From: Nitrosomonadales bacterium
GTDB taxonomy: Bacteria; Pseudomonadota; Gammaproteobacteria; Burkholderiales; Gallionellaceae
Assembly: GCA_023259065.1 (NCBI GenBank)
Contig: JAHFQY010000003.1
Location: forward strand, 34,043-98,042
DNA: 64,000 bases
Direction of reading: 5' to 3'
Of this stretch, positions 1 to 9,490 are shown in pieces. The translations under genes were made by a program, and so were the position numbers. Within the stretch, counting starts at the first letter, position 1; each line of letters opens with the position of its first letter. The notes below the pieces were generated by a model. The model was not told where the DNA came from. It searched no databases and worked only from the letters and a program-made list of their open reading frames with translations.

Positions 1-109
1 TCTTGGCGGCGAACACGCCCACGTCAAAGTCGCGGCCTACTTGCACCGTGCTGCAGGCAGAGAGCACGGCCAGGGCAAAAAACACAGCAGAGATACGGAG
101 AAACTTCAT
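1..109 (-). CDS. lipoprotein, N-terminal part only (gene runs off the window start)
   Basis: ATG at 109 preceded by AAGGA. Translation MKFLRISAVFFALAVLSACSTVQVGRDF... is a signal peptide with lipobox L-S-A-C. The reading frame stays open to position 1. Confidence 0.6.
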   Translation of the reverse strand, partial: MKFLRISAVFFALAVLSACSTVQVGRDFDVGVFAAK

Positions 110-147
110 GGCAAATCCTTTAAGTGAAATGAACCGCGAAGTATAAA

Positions 148-1635
148 TTATTTTTTCCTTTTCATTGCCGCCTCGATTTGCTGGCACAGGGTCTTCAGTA
201 TCTTGATGCGCGCAAAGTTCTTGTCGTTGGCCTCCACCAGCGTCCAGGGCGCAATTTCAGTGCTGGTGCGGTCTATCATGTCGCACACGGCGCGTTCATA
301 GTCGTCCCATTTCTCGCGGTTGCGCCAATCCTCAGCGGTAATTTTGAAGCGCTTGAAGCCGATCTTTTCGCGCTCCTTGAAGCGGCGCAACTGCTCGTCC
401 TTGCTGATGGCCAGCCAGAACTTCACCAGCACGGTTTTATTGTCTACCAGCTGCTCTTCAAAGTCGTTGATTTCGCTGTAGGCGCGCATCCAGTCCTGCT
501 CTGAGCAGAACTTCTCCACGCGCTCGACCAGCACGCGCCCATACCAGGAACGGTCAAATATGGTGACGCCGCCGTTGCGCGGAATGTGCCGCCAGAAGCG
601 CCACATATAAGGCTGGGCGCGTTCTTCCTCGGTGGGGGCGGCAATCGGAATGATGCGGTAATGGCGCGCATCCAGTGCTGCAGTGATGCGGCGCACGGCG
701 CCACCCTTGCCGCCGGCATCGGAGCCCTCGAACACGGCAATCACCGACATCTTGCGAAATCTGGGGTCACGTGTCAGCAGGTTGAGTTTGCCCTGGTATT
801 TTTCCAGTTCGGACTCAAACACTTTTTTCGCCAGCTTCTGCGCCATGTCGAGTTTGTCGAAAACGTCGAGCTTGTCGATGGGTGCTTGCAGCGGCGCGCC
901 TTTGACAGCGGCTGTCTTGGCCGGATGATCCAGGCGCTTGCGCAACGTTTCCAGCAGGATCTTGCCCACAGTCAGCCCGCGATAGCGCGGATCGGTGCCC
1001 TCTACCACCATCCACGGCGCCTCTGCGGTGCTGGTTTCGCGCAGCGCATGCTCGGAAACCTTGCGGAACTTGTCGTAAATCTTGAAGCGTTCCCAGTCGG
1101 TATCGGTGACGCGCCAGCGTGTCTTGGAATCTTTCTCCAGTGACTTGAGGCGCTTCTTCTGCGCATCCTTGGACAAGTGAAACCAGAATTTGAGTATCAG
1201 CGCGCCCTCATCAGTGAGCATTTTTTCAAAGCGGTTGATCTGGTCTATGCTCTGGGCAAGCTGGCTGGCCTTGGTCTTGCCCATGACGCGCTGCACGATG
1301 GGAGCGGTATACCAGGAGCCGAAAAACATGCCGATCTTGCCCTTGGGCGGCAAGGCGCGCCAGAAGCGCCACATCTGCGGACGCTGCAATTCTTCATCCG
1401 AGGGGGAGCCCATGGCATGGGCCTGCATAAAGCGCGGGTCCATCCACTCATTCAGCAGGTTGACCGTCTCGCCCTTGCCCGCGCCGTCTACCCCGCCCAC
1501 CAGAATAATCACGGGGAAGCTGGCCTTCTGGGCCAAGTCAAACTGCGCGTCGAGCAGGGCTACACGCAGCTTGGGCACCTCGGCATCGTAAGTGGCTTTG
1601 TCTATCTTGTGACCGAGTTCTGCAGATTCAAACAT
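148..1635 (-). CDS. ppk2: two-domain polyphosphate kinase 2 family protein (polyphosphate:AMP/NDP phosphotransferase type)
   Basis: Two tandem PPK2 modules, each with a P-loop (GVDGAGKGETV and GSDAGGKGGAV) and conserved W..FW/RFW motifs. Start moved to the ATG at 1635 (MFESAELG...), which is preceded by AGGAGAA. The upstream part of the 541-aa ORF is Arg/Gln-rich with no homology signal. Confidence 0.85.
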   Translation of the reverse strand: MFESAELGHKIDKATYDAEVPKLRVALLDAQFDLAQKASFPVIILVGGVDGAGKGETVNLLNEWMDPRFMQAHAMGSPSDEELQRPQMWRFWRALPPKGKIGMFFGSWYTAPIVQRVMGKTKASQLAQSIDQINRFEKMLTDEGALILKFWFHLSKDAQKKRLKSLEKDSKTRWRVTDTDWERFKIYDKFRKVSEHALRETSTAEAPWMVVEGTDPRYRGLTVGKILLETLRKRLDHPAKTAAVKGAPLQAPIDKLDVFDKLDMAQKLAKKVFESELEKYQGKLNLLTRDPRFRKMSVIAVFEGSDAGGKGGAVRRITAALDARHYRIIPIAAPTEEERAQPYMWRFWRHIPRNGGVTIFDRSWYGRVLVERVEKFCSEQDWMRAYSEINDFEEQLVDNKTVLVKFWLAISKDEQLRRFKEREKIGFKRFKITAEDWRNREKWDDYERAVCDMIDRTSTEIAPWTLVEANDKNFARIKILKTLCQQIEAAMKRKK

Positions 1636-1652
1636 GATAGTTCTCCTGAAGG

Positions 1653-2105
1653 TTATAACTGATCGGGCGCAATCACCAAGCGCAAATTGGTCTGCGTATC
1701 GCCCTCGCGGGTGCGACGTGCCAGCCACCATACGGCGCCCTTCTTGACGCTGAAGCTGGCGTTGCTGGCGCATAGCAAGTGTGCAGCCACCGCGCCCAGG
1801 GTGGGCTGGTGGCCGACAATCAGAACGCAGCCATCACCATGCTGCCAATTGGCGGCCTTGAGCAATGCGCCTACGGTAGCGTTGGGAGCAAGGGCCGGCT
1901 CGGTAGTGAAGTGCCTGGTCAGCGCATGAGCGGTTTGCTGCGTGCGCCTGGCTGGGCTGGCCAGGATGCGCGTGTCCTGCGGCAGGCGCTCGCGCAGAAA
2001 GGCGGCCATGCGCTCAGCCTGTTTCAGCCCCTTGTCGGTGAGCGCGCGCTCGAGGTCGGGAATGCCATCGGCAGCCTCGGCATGGCGCCACAGTATGAGT
2101 TCCAT
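1653..2105 (-). CDS. sixA: phosphohistidine phosphatase SixA (histidine phosphatase superfamily)
   Basis: 150 aa. N-terminal LILWRHAEA (RH catalytic motif) and downstream GHQP. Size and motifs are typical of SixA. Confidence 0.8.
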   Translation of the reverse strand: MELILWRHAEAADGIPDLERALTDKGLKQAERMAAFLRERLPQDTRILASPARRTQQTAHALTRHFTTEPALAPNATVGALLKAANWQHGDGCVLIVGHQPTLGAVAAHLLCASNASFSVKKGAVWWLARRTREGDTQTNLRLVIAPDQL

Positions 2106-2193
2106 GGCAACTCCTGGGAAATATTACATTTCGGCTGGAAGAATATACCGTATATACTGTTTTTACCAGAATCAAATCATTCAGGAGAGCAAC

Positions 2194-2631
2194 ATGACCG
2201 TGAAGAAAAGCGCACCCAGAACCAGCAGGACAGCACAGCCAAAACCGGGCGCAAGCGTGCGCAAGATTGCGGCCAGAAAACCGGTTGCCGCCAAGGTAAG
2301 CGCAACGGCCAAGCGCACGCCAGCCAAGCCCGCAATAAAGCCGGCAGTGGTGGCGAAGGCGCATGAGAAAAAAACCAAAAAGGACAAGAAGGCGGGCGGG
2401 AAAATCAAGGTGGTGCGCGACAGCTTCAGCATGCCGCAGAATGATTACGCCAGGATAGGCGAGCTGAAACAGCTGTGCCTGAAGGCGGGCGTGCACGTGA
2501 AGAAAAGCGAGTTGTTGCGCGTCGGTTTGCAGGCCTTGGCCAAGTTGAGCGCCGCTCAACTGCTACAGGCTGTGGCCAGCCTGGAAAAAATTAAAACCGG
2601 TCGCCCCGCAGGCAGTCAGGCAGAAAAGTAA
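2194..2631 (+). CDS. Lys/Ala/Pro-rich histone-H1-like protein with C-terminal ribbon-helix-helix-like domain
   Basis: ATG at 2194 preceded by AGGAGAG. The N-terminal ~70 aa are a KAAKP-type low-complexity basic tract. The C-terminal VVRDSFSMPQNDYARIGELKQLCLKAGVHVKKSELLRVGLQALAKL has a strand-helix-helix pattern. Function is not recognised. Confidence 0.6.
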   Translation: MTVKKSAPRTSRTAQPKPGASVRKIAARKPVAAKVSATAKRTPAKPAIKPAVVAKAHEKKTKKDKKAGGKIKVVRDSFSMPQNDYARIGELKQLCLKAGVHVKKSELLRVGLQALAKLSAAQLLQAVASLEKIKTGRPAGSQAEK

Positions 2632-2638
2632 CGCAACA

Positions 2639-4732
2639 CTAGCCGGCTTCCGGTTCCGTGACCGGATGCTTGCTCAAGTCCTGCAGCAAAAGCAGCTGGG
2701 CGCACTTGGGTGCGCTGCGGCGTGAGGGATTCTGCTTGTAGTGGCCGTCTGCATCCATGATCCAGGATTGGTGGTTGTCGCGCAGATAGATATTCAGCCC
2801 CTCATCGAGCACGCGTTTCTTCAGCTTCTTGTCGAGCACGGGAAAGCACACTTCAATACGGCGGAAGAAATTCCGGTCCATCCAGTCTGCGCTGGACAGA
2901 TACACATCATTGGCGCCGTTGTTGCCAAAATAAAAGATGCGCGTGTGCTCCAGGAAACGACCGATAACCGAGCGCACGCTGATGTTGTCGGACAAACCTT
3001 TCACATCGGGGCGCAGGGCGCACACGCCGCGCACGATCAATTCGATTTTCACCCCGGCCTGTGATGCCTCGTACAGTGCCGTAATGATTTCCGGCTCCAG
3101 CAGGGAATTCATCTTGGCAATGATGTGCGCGGCTTGGCCCTCGCGCGCCAGTTTGGTCTCGCGCTGAATCGCGTCCAGCACCTGGCTGTGCAGGGTGAAG
3201 GGTGACTGCCACAAATGGTGCAGCTTTCCCGCCTTGCCCAGGCTGGTGAGCTGCACAAACACCTCATTTACATCGGCGCAGATTTCCTCATTGCTGGTGA
3301 ACAGGCCAAAGTCGGTGTAAAAGCGCGCCGTGCGCGGGTGATAATTGCCGGTGCCCAGGTGCACGTAACGGCGCAGCTTGCCATCCTCGCGGCGCACCAC
3401 CATCAGCATCTTGGCATGTGTCTTGTGGCCCACTACGCCATACACCACATGCGCGCCCACTTCTTCCAGACGGGCAGCCCAGTTGATATTGGCTTCTTCG
3501 TCAAAGCGCGCCAGCAGTTCCACCACCACGGTGACTTCCTTGCCCATGCGCGCCGCTACTATCAGCGCCTCCATCAGCGCGGAATCAACACCGGTGCGGT
3601 ATACAGTCTGCTTGATGGCTACCACGCCGGGGTCGGTGGCCGCCTGCTGGATAAAGTCGATGACCGGCTTGAATGACTGGAACGGGTGATGCAGCAGGAT
3701 GTCGCTCTTGCGTATCACCTTGAACATGTCCGCGCCCTTTTTCTGCAGCACATTGGGCACGCCGGGCACGAAGGGCGGAAACTTCAAATCATCGCGCGCG
3801 ACCAGATCGGGGATGCCCATCAGGCGCACCAGGTTCACCGGCCCATTGACGCGATACAGATCATCCGCGCTCAGTTCAAATTGCTGCAGCAGGAATTCAG
3901 CGGTCTGCTCCGAACAGTTATCGGTAATTTCCAGGCGCACGGCATTGCCAAAGTGACGCTGCGGCAGCTCGCCCTGCAATTTGGTGCGCAGGTTTTTTAC
4001 TTCTTCGTCATCCACAAACAGGTTGCTGTTGCGCGTGACGCGGAACTGGTGGCAGCTGGCCACCACCATGCCGCCAAACAGCTCGCCCACATGGGCGTGC
4101 AGTATGGAGGAAAGAAACACAAAGCCGTGCTTGCAGCCGCTGATCTCGGGCGGCAGTGGTATGGTGCGCGGCAACACCCGCGGCGCCTGCACGATGGCGC
4201 GGGTCGAGTTGCGCCCGAAGGCATCCTTGCCTTGCAGCTCCACGGCAAAGTTCAGGCTCTTGTTGAGTACGCGCGGAAAGGGATGTGCCGGGTCTAGCCC
4301 GATCGGGGTCAGCACCGGCATCACTTCGTTGAAGAAAAAATTCTTTACCCAGGTGCGTTGCGCTTCGTTCCAGCTGGTGCGGCGCAGGAAACGCACTTCC
4401 TGCTGTTCGAGTGCGGGCAGGATGTCGTCATTGAGTATCTGGTATTGGCGCTCGACGATCTGGTGCGCCTGTTTGCACACCAGGTCAAACACATGCTGCG
4501 CATCCATGCCGTCCGCGCCCACGGCCACGCCTGCCAGGCCGATTTGCTCCTTCAGGCCGGCGACACGAATTTCAAAAAACTCATCCAGATTGCTGCTGAC
4601 GATGCACAGATACTTCAGGCGCTCCAGCAGCGGAACACGCACATCTTCAGCCTGTGCCAGCACGCGGCGGTTGAATTCCAGCAGCCCGAGTTCGCGGTTG
4701 AGAAACTGCTGTGCCGGAAATTTCTTGCCCAC
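2639..4732 (-). CDS. ppk: polyphosphate kinase 1
   Basis: About 697 aa with the PPK1 hallmark N terminus (FLNRELGLLEFNRRVLAQAED) and homology along the full length. Start set at the GTG at 4732, preceded by AAGGAG. The longer 797-aa ORF would overlap yggX. Confidence 0.9.
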   Translation of the reverse strand: MGKKFPAQQFLNRELGLLEFNRRVLAQAEDVRVPLLERLKYLCIVSSNLDEFFEIRVAGLKEQIGLAGVAVGADGMDAQHVFDLVCKQAHQIVERQYQILNDDILPALEQQEVRFLRRTSWNEAQRTWVKNFFFNEVMPVLTPIGLDPAHPFPRVLNKSLNFAVELQGKDAFGRNSTRAIVQAPRVLPRTIPLPPEISGCKHGFVFLSSILHAHVGELFGGMVVASCHQFRVTRNSNLFVDDEEVKNLRTKLQGELPQRHFGNAVRLEITDNCSEQTAEFLLQQFELSADDLYRVNGPVNLVRLMGIPDLVARDDLKFPPFVPGVPNVLQKKGADMFKVIRKSDILLHHPFQSFKPVIDFIQQAATDPGVVAIKQTVYRTGVDSALMEALIVAARMGKEVTVVVELLARFDEEANINWAARLEEVGAHVVYGVVGHKTHAKMLMVVRREDGKLRRYVHLGTGNYHPRTARFYTDFGLFTSNEEICADVNEVFVQLTSLGKAGKLHHLWQSPFTLHSQVLDAIQRETKLAREGQAAHIIAKMNSLLEPEIITALYEASQAGVKIELIVRGVCALRPDVKGLSDNISVRSVIGRFLEHTRIFYFGNNGANDVYLSSADWMDRNFFRRIEVCFPVLDKKLKKRVLDEGLNIYLRDNHQSWIMDADGHYKQNPSRRSAPKCAQLLLLQDLSKHPVTEPEAG

Positions 4733-4746
4733 GCGAGGCTCCTTGC

Positions 4747-5019
4747 TTACTTGGCGGGCGGAACGTAGCCCGGTGGCATCTGCGACGATTCGCCGAAGAA
4801 GTAATTCTCCATCTGTGCGGCCAGGAAGTTGCGCGCCTTGATGTCCGCCAGGTTGAGGCGGTTCTCGTTCACCAGCATGGTCTGGAACTTGATCCAGCCG
4901 GCCCAGGCTTCCTTCGACACATTTTCGTAGATGCGCTGGCCCAGTGCACCGGGGTAGGTTGGTCGATCCAGTCCTTCTGCTTCGCGACCGAGTTTTGCGC
5001 AGTGAATCATTCTTGCCAT
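4747..5019 (-). CDS. yggX: Fe(2+)-trafficking protein YggX
   Basis: 90 aa. [52 protein letters not shown]... matches the YggX family almost residue for residue in its conserved core. Confidence 0.9.
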   Translation of the reverse strand: MARMIHCAKLGREAEGLDRPTYPGALGQRIYENVSKEAWAGWIKFQTMLVNENRLNLADIKARNFLAAQMENYFFGESSQMPPGYVPPAK

Positions 5020-5089
5020 CTATATTCTCCATTCCATTATTGTGAAGCCGGATTATGACACTACTGTGAATGTCATATCCAACGTGGGG

Positions 5090-6415
5090 TTACTTGAGTG
5101 ATTTTACAAACACCTTTGAGCGACGCTGGAAGTTGTACAGCACCTTCTTCTGCGCAGGCAGCTCGGAGACGTCGGTCTCGGTAAAGCCGCGTTCGACAAA
5201 CCAGTGTGCCGTGCGCGTGGTCAGCACGATGAGCTTGCGCAGACCCTGCACCCTGGCCTCGGCGCTGATGTGCTGCAGCAGGGCGTCACCGTAGCCATGG
5301 CGGCGGTAGGCGGGCTGGATGGCGAGGCAGGCCAGCTCGGCCGTTTTCTCGTCGGGAAACGGATACAGCGCGGCGCAGCCGATAATGCGGTGGTCATGCT
5401 CCAGCACTACAAAACGCTCGATCTCGCGCTCCAGCAATTCGCGGCTGCGCCTTACCAGTATGCCCTCGGCTTCCAGCGGCTGCAGCAGCTGCAGGATGCC
5501 GCCGACATCATCTATCGTCGCGTCGCGCAGGGTGTTGAGCGAGCTTTCCACCACCATGCTGCCCACGCCGCTGTCGGAGAACAGCTCCTGCAGCACGGCG
5601 CCGTCGAGATGACGGCTGATCAAATGGGTGCGCGCCACCCCCGCCTCGCAGGCGCGCACGGCGCAGGGCAGGAACAGCGCCACGTCGTCGGGCAGCTTGC
5701 GCTTGCCGTTGAGTACGGTGTTGGCGTTGGCTATGGTCAGCTCGTGCAGCAGCTCGCCCTTCTTGTCGGTGACGCCGTCGGTGTCCATCAGGAACACCAG
5801 CTTGTCGGCGTCCAGCGCAATGGCGGTGGCAGTGGCCACGTCTTCCAGGGTGAGGTTGAACACTTCGCCGGTGGGCGAGTAACCCAGCGGTGACAGCAGC
5901 ACCACCTCGTTGAACGCCAGCCTGTCCCGGATGGCGGCTGCGTCCACCTTGCGCACGCAGCCGGTGTGCAGCAGGTCCACGCCGTGGATCACGCCTATCG
6001 GTTGCGCGGTGATGAAGTTGCCGCCGGCCACGCGGATGTCGGCATTCGCCATCGGTGAATTGGCCAGACCCATAGACAACAGCGCCTCGATCTCGAAGCG
6101 CACGCGCCCCACGGCCTCCTTTACGCACAGCATGGTGGCGGCGTCGGTGAGGCGGATACCATGGTGGTAGCGGTCATCGATCTGGCTGTGCGACAAATGC
6201 TGTTCGATTTGCGGGCGCGCGCCGTGCACCAGCACCAGGCGCACGCCCAGGCTGGCGAGCAGGTTGAGGTCGTGCGTCAGCTCGACAAACTTGCCGTCGG
6301 CCACCACCTCGCCGCCAAACGCGACCACAAAGGTCTTGCCGCGAAAGGCGTTGATATAGGGCGCTACTGAGCGGAACCAGGTAACGAATTCGGCTGAGGC
6401 AAAGGAACTTAACAC
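5090..6415 (-). CDS. argA: amino-acid N-acetyltransferase (N-acetylglutamate synthase)
   Basis: Amino-acid kinase fold (FVTWFRSVAPYINAFRGKTFVVAFGGE) followed by a C-terminal GNAT domain (QPAYRRHGYGDALL). Start placed at the GTG at 6415. The upstream 160 aa of the 604-aa ORF have no ArgA counterpart. Confidence 0.8.
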   Translation of the reverse strand: MLSSFASAEFVTWFRSVAPYINAFRGKTFVVAFGGEVVADGKFVELTHDLNLLASLGVRLVLVHGARPQIEQHLSHSQIDDRYHHGIRLTDAATMLCVKEAVGRVRFEIEALLSMGLANSPMANADIRVAGGNFITAQPIGVIHGVDLLHTGCVRKVDAAAIRDRLAFNEVVLLSPLGYSPTGEVFNLTLEDVATATAIALDADKLVFLMDTDGVTDKKGELLHELTIANANTVLNGKRKLPDDVALFLPCAVRACEAGVARTHLISRHLDGAVLQELFSDSGVGSMVVESSLNTLRDATIDDVGGILQLLQPLEAEGILVRRSRELLEREIERFVVLEHDHRIIGCAALYPFPDEKTAELACLAIQPAYRRHGYGDALLQHISAEARVQGLRKLIVLTTRTAHWFVERGFTETDVSELPAQKKVLYNFQRRSKVFVKSLK

Positions 6416-6512
6416 GACAAGGGCGCTCCGAGAGAATGAGGGGGAATGGCTTGATTCCCGTCCGAGGCGTATTGTGGCATCATTCTCACCATAAAGTCCA
6501 AGGCAACAGTCC

Positions 6513-6917
6513 ATGCATTTCACCACGGCACACATACGCAATCTCGCCCGCGCTACGCTGGCGTTGCTGCTGTTTGCGCAGGGCATGGTGGCGGCGCAAG
6601 CCTGTGTCATGCCCGTGGCCGATCCGGTACAGGCTTTTGCGCCCGCCATGGAAGGGATGGCGATGCAGGGCGAGGAGCACATGCCCTGCCACGAGCAGCC
6701 GGGCGAAAACAAGAATGCCTGCCTGGTGCATTGCACCCAGGCCGACCAGATCAGCGCAGAGCAGGCAACACCGGTATTCCTGCCTTCCAGCAGTACCGTG
6801 CTGGTGCTGGATGTGCCAGCAGCACCCATTTCAAATACTCCCCGTTTCAATTCCGACCGGCTTGCTTTCAACAGCGGCCCGCCCATCTCCATCCGTTTCT
6901 GCACCTTCCTGATTTAG
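6513..6917 (+). CDS. small exported Met/His/Cys-rich protein upstream of the cus operon (CzcI/DUF2946-like, tentative)
   Basis: 134 aa. Signal-peptide-like N terminus ending AQA, then MPVADPVQAFAPAMEGMAMQGEEHMPCHEQPGENKNACLVHC. Sits directly upstream of cusC on the same strand. Confidence 0.5.
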   Translation: MHFTTAHIRNLARATLALLLFAQGMVAAQACVMPVADPVQAFAPAMEGMAMQGEEHMPCHEQPGENKNACLVHCTQADQISAEQATPVFLPSSSTVLVLDVPAAPISNTPRFNSDRLAFNSGPPISIRFCTFLI

Positions 6918-6998
6918 CCGTTCTCCGCCAGGCGCGCACTGTCACGCGCGCTTGTTTTCCTCCCTGTGCGGGAGAGAAAAGCTTACTGGAGAACCATC

Positions 6999-8249
6999 AT
7001 GGAAAGACTATTCATCACATTCATTTTGCTGCTGTGCAGCCCGCCGCTGTTGGCGGCTGCGTCCGTGCCCGGCGCGGACATGGCGGGGCTGTTGCAGTAC
7101 CTGGAAGACAACAGCGCCGAGCTTAATGTGGCACGGCTGGAGAGCAGTGCGGCAGAGCAGCGCAGTGAGGCAGCCGGGGTGTTGCCCGACCCCAGCGTGC
7201 GCATCGAGTGGCAGGACATCAACCAGCCCGGCGGCGTCACCCTCAACCCCAGCCGCGTGGGTGCGGTGAAGTATTCCTACCTGCAACCCCTGCCGGGCTG
7301 GGGCAAGCGCGATGCGCAGAAGCAGGCAGCCGAAGCCGGCGCCAAACAGATGCAGGAGCAGCAGCGCGGCGTGCGCGCCGAGCTGCGCAGCCGCCTGAAG
7401 CTGGCCTTCGCGCAGTATTACCGCGCCCATAACGCACTGCAGCTGAACCAGGACCTGAGCGGCTTTGCCGCCAGCGCCGCCAAGCTGGCGCAGGAACGCT
7501 ACGAGCGCGGCCTGGGCAAGCAGCAGGACTGGCTGAAGGCGCAGCTGGATGTGGCGGCGCTGCAATCCGAGCGCTTTACCCTGCAGGCCGAATACCAGCG
7601 CACCCGGGCGCGCATCAACGCACTGCTCAATCGCCCCGTCAATGCACCGCTGGCCGAGCCGCAACAACTGCCGCCTGTTCCCCAGGCGGCAAAACTGGAA
7701 GATGCTTATCTGCAGCAACGCCTGCAGGAATCCAGCCCGCAGCTGTTCAGCCAGAGCGCACAGAGCAGCGCGGCGCAGGCCAATATGGAGTTGACGCAAA
7801 AAAACCAGACGCCAGATTTCGTCGTGGCGATTTCACCCATACAGCGCGGCGACAGCATCAGCAGCTGGGACGCCATGCTGGAATTCACCATCCCGCTGCA
7901 GCAGGGCGCGCACAGCGCACACCGGCATGAAGCGGCGCAGCAACTCTCCGCCAGCCAGGCGCGCGAGCAGGCGCTGGCTCAGGCGCTGGCCGCCGACATC
8001 AGCGAGCACGGCGCCGCCCTGCGTGCCGCCAGCGAACAACTGCAGCTGATACGCACACAAACCCTGCCGCTTACCGAGCTGGCCTACAAGAGCGTGTTGT
8101 CCGGATACCAGAACGGCAATATGGATTACGCCACGCTGTGGCAGGCGCGCCGCGAGCTGCAGCGCAACCGCGCCGACGAACTGGATGCGCAACTCGCTCA
8201 ACAATTGCATCTGGCAGAAATAGAGCGCCTGATAGGAGAAGAGTTATGA
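6999..8249 (+). CDS. cusC: heavy-metal efflux outer membrane factor (TolC family, CusC/CzcC-like)
   Basis: Signal peptide MERLFITFILLLCSPPLLAAAS. Two-repeat OMF architecture rich in coiled Q/A/L segments. Its stop overlaps the cusB start (ATGA at 8246-8249). Confidence 0.8.
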   Translation: MERLFITFILLLCSPPLLAAASVPGADMAGLLQYLEDNSAELNVARLESSAAEQRSEAAGVLPDPSVRIEWQDINQPGGVTLNPSRVGAVKYSYLQPLPGWGKRDAQKQAAEAGAKQMQEQQRGVRAELRSRLKLAFAQYYRAHNALQLNQDLSGFAASAAKLAQERYERGLGKQQDWLKAQLDVAALQSERFTLQAEYQRTRARINALLNRPVNAPLAEPQQLPPVPQAAKLEDAYLQQRLQESSPQLFSQSAQSSAAQANMELTQKNQTPDFVVAISPIQRGDSISSWDAMLEFTIPLQQGAHSAHRHEAAQQLSASQAREQALAQALAADISEHGAALRAASEQLQLIRTQTLPLTELAYKSVLSGYQNGNMDYATLWQARRELQRNRADELDAQLAQQLHLAEIERLIGEEL

Positions 8250-9490
8250 AACAAGCAAAGATACTGGCCCTTGTATTGGCCCTGGCTGGATTCGCTTACG
8301 CCGGATATTACTTCGGCACGCATGCGCAGTCTGCGCAGGGCGCTGCCAAGGCGGCTGATGCACCGCGCAAGATTCTGTACTACCGCAACCCCATGGGCCA
8401 GCCCGACACCTCGCCCGTGCCCAAGCAGGACAGCATGGGCATGGATTACATCGCGGTGTACGAGGGCGAGGACGAATCTGGCGGCACGGTGACCGTGTCA
8501 CCCGAGAAGATACAGCTGCTGGGCGTGCGCACCGAGGCGGTGGCTATGCGCTCGTTACAGCGCAAGGTAAGGGCGACCGGCATGCTGGAAGTGGACGAGC
8601 GCAAACAGCAGTGGGTGGCGCCGCGCTTCGACGGCTGGGTGGTGAAACTCAACGTGAACCAGACCGGGCAGCAGGTCAGCGCCGGCACGCCGCTGCTGTC
8701 GGTGTACAGCCCGGAGCTGGAGAGTGCAGTGCGCGAATACCAGCTGGCGCGCGAATCCGGCCTGGCCGAGGTGGAGCAGAGCGCGCGCCTGCGCCTGAGC
8801 AACTGGGGCATCGCCACACAGGATTTGACCCATGATGACAAAGGCGCGACGCAGCTACTGTTGCGCGCGCCCATCAGCGGTGTGGTGCTGGAAAAGAAAG
8901 CCATCAACGGTGCGCGCTTTGCCGCGGGCGAGGTGCTGTTCCGGCTGGCTGACCTGTCCGGCGTGTGGCTGCAGGCCGAGGTGGCAGAGCAGGATCAGGG
9001 CGGCTTGCACACTGGGCAGAAAGTTGACGTCAGCGTGGACGCCTATCCCGGCGAGGAATTTAGCGGCCGCATCAGCTTTGTCGCGCCGGTGCTGAACGAG
9101 ATGACGCGCACCCTGCGTGTGCGTGTCGAGTTGAACAACCACAGCGGGCGTTTGCGTCCCGGCATGTTTGCCGCAGTGCAGATAGAAACCGGTGCGAAGC
9201 AAAAGGTATTGAGCCTGCCGCTGGCGGCGGTAATCGACAGCGGCGCCCGCCAGACCGTGCTGGTGCAGGTCGCGGAAGGCCGCTTCCAGCCGCGCAGCGT
9301 CAAGCTGGGGCAGCGCAACGAGGAGTGGGCAGAGGTGCTGGAAGGCCTGGGCGAGGGCGAGATGGTGGTGAGCCGCGCCAACTTCCTCATCGATGCGGAA
9401 AGCAATTTGCGCGCGGCATTGTCGGGCATGCAGTCCGCCCCATCTGCTGCGGGACAACAGGGAGGCGAGCATGCTCAAGCACATCATTGA
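8246..9490 (+). CDS. cusB: efflux RND periplasmic adaptor (CusB-like)
   Basis: N-terminal TM/signal sequence, then YYRNPMGQPDTSPVPKQDSMGMDYIAVYE, characteristic of CusB-type adaptors. Membrane-fusion barrel-sandwich motifs follow. Confidence 0.85.
   Translation: MKQAKILALVLALAGFAYAGYYFGTHAQSAQGAAKAADAPRKILYYRNPMGQPDTSPVPKQDSMGMDYIAVYEGEDESGGTVTVSPEKIQLLGVRTEAVAMRSLQRKVRATGMLEVDERKQQWVAPRFDGWVVKLNVNQTGQQVSAGTPLLSVYSPELESAVREYQLARESGLAEVEQSARLRLSNWGIATQDLTHDDKGATQLLLRAPISGVVLEKKAINGARFAAGEVLFRLADLSGVWLQAEVAEQDQGGLHTGQKVDVSVDAYPGEEFSGRISFVAPVLNEMTRTLRVRVELNNHSGRLRPGMFAAVQIETGAKQKVLSLPLAAVIDSGARQTVLVQVAEGRFQPRSVKLGQRNEEWAEVLEGLGEGEMVVSRANFLIDAESNLRAALSGMQSAPSAAGQQGGEHAQAHH

Noticed and set aside
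4733-5032. 100-aa N-terminal extension of the ppk ORF
   Set aside because: It overlaps the well-conserved yggX gene in another frame. PPK1 homology begins at the GTG at 4732, which has its own AAGGAG.
6416-6904. 160-aa N-terminal extension of the argA ORF, and the overlapping ORFs 6436-6912 and 6486-6731
   Set aside because: There is no ArgA counterpart and the composition is Cys/Ala/Ser-rich. The region is better explained by the + strand small exported ORF and an intergenic promoter region.
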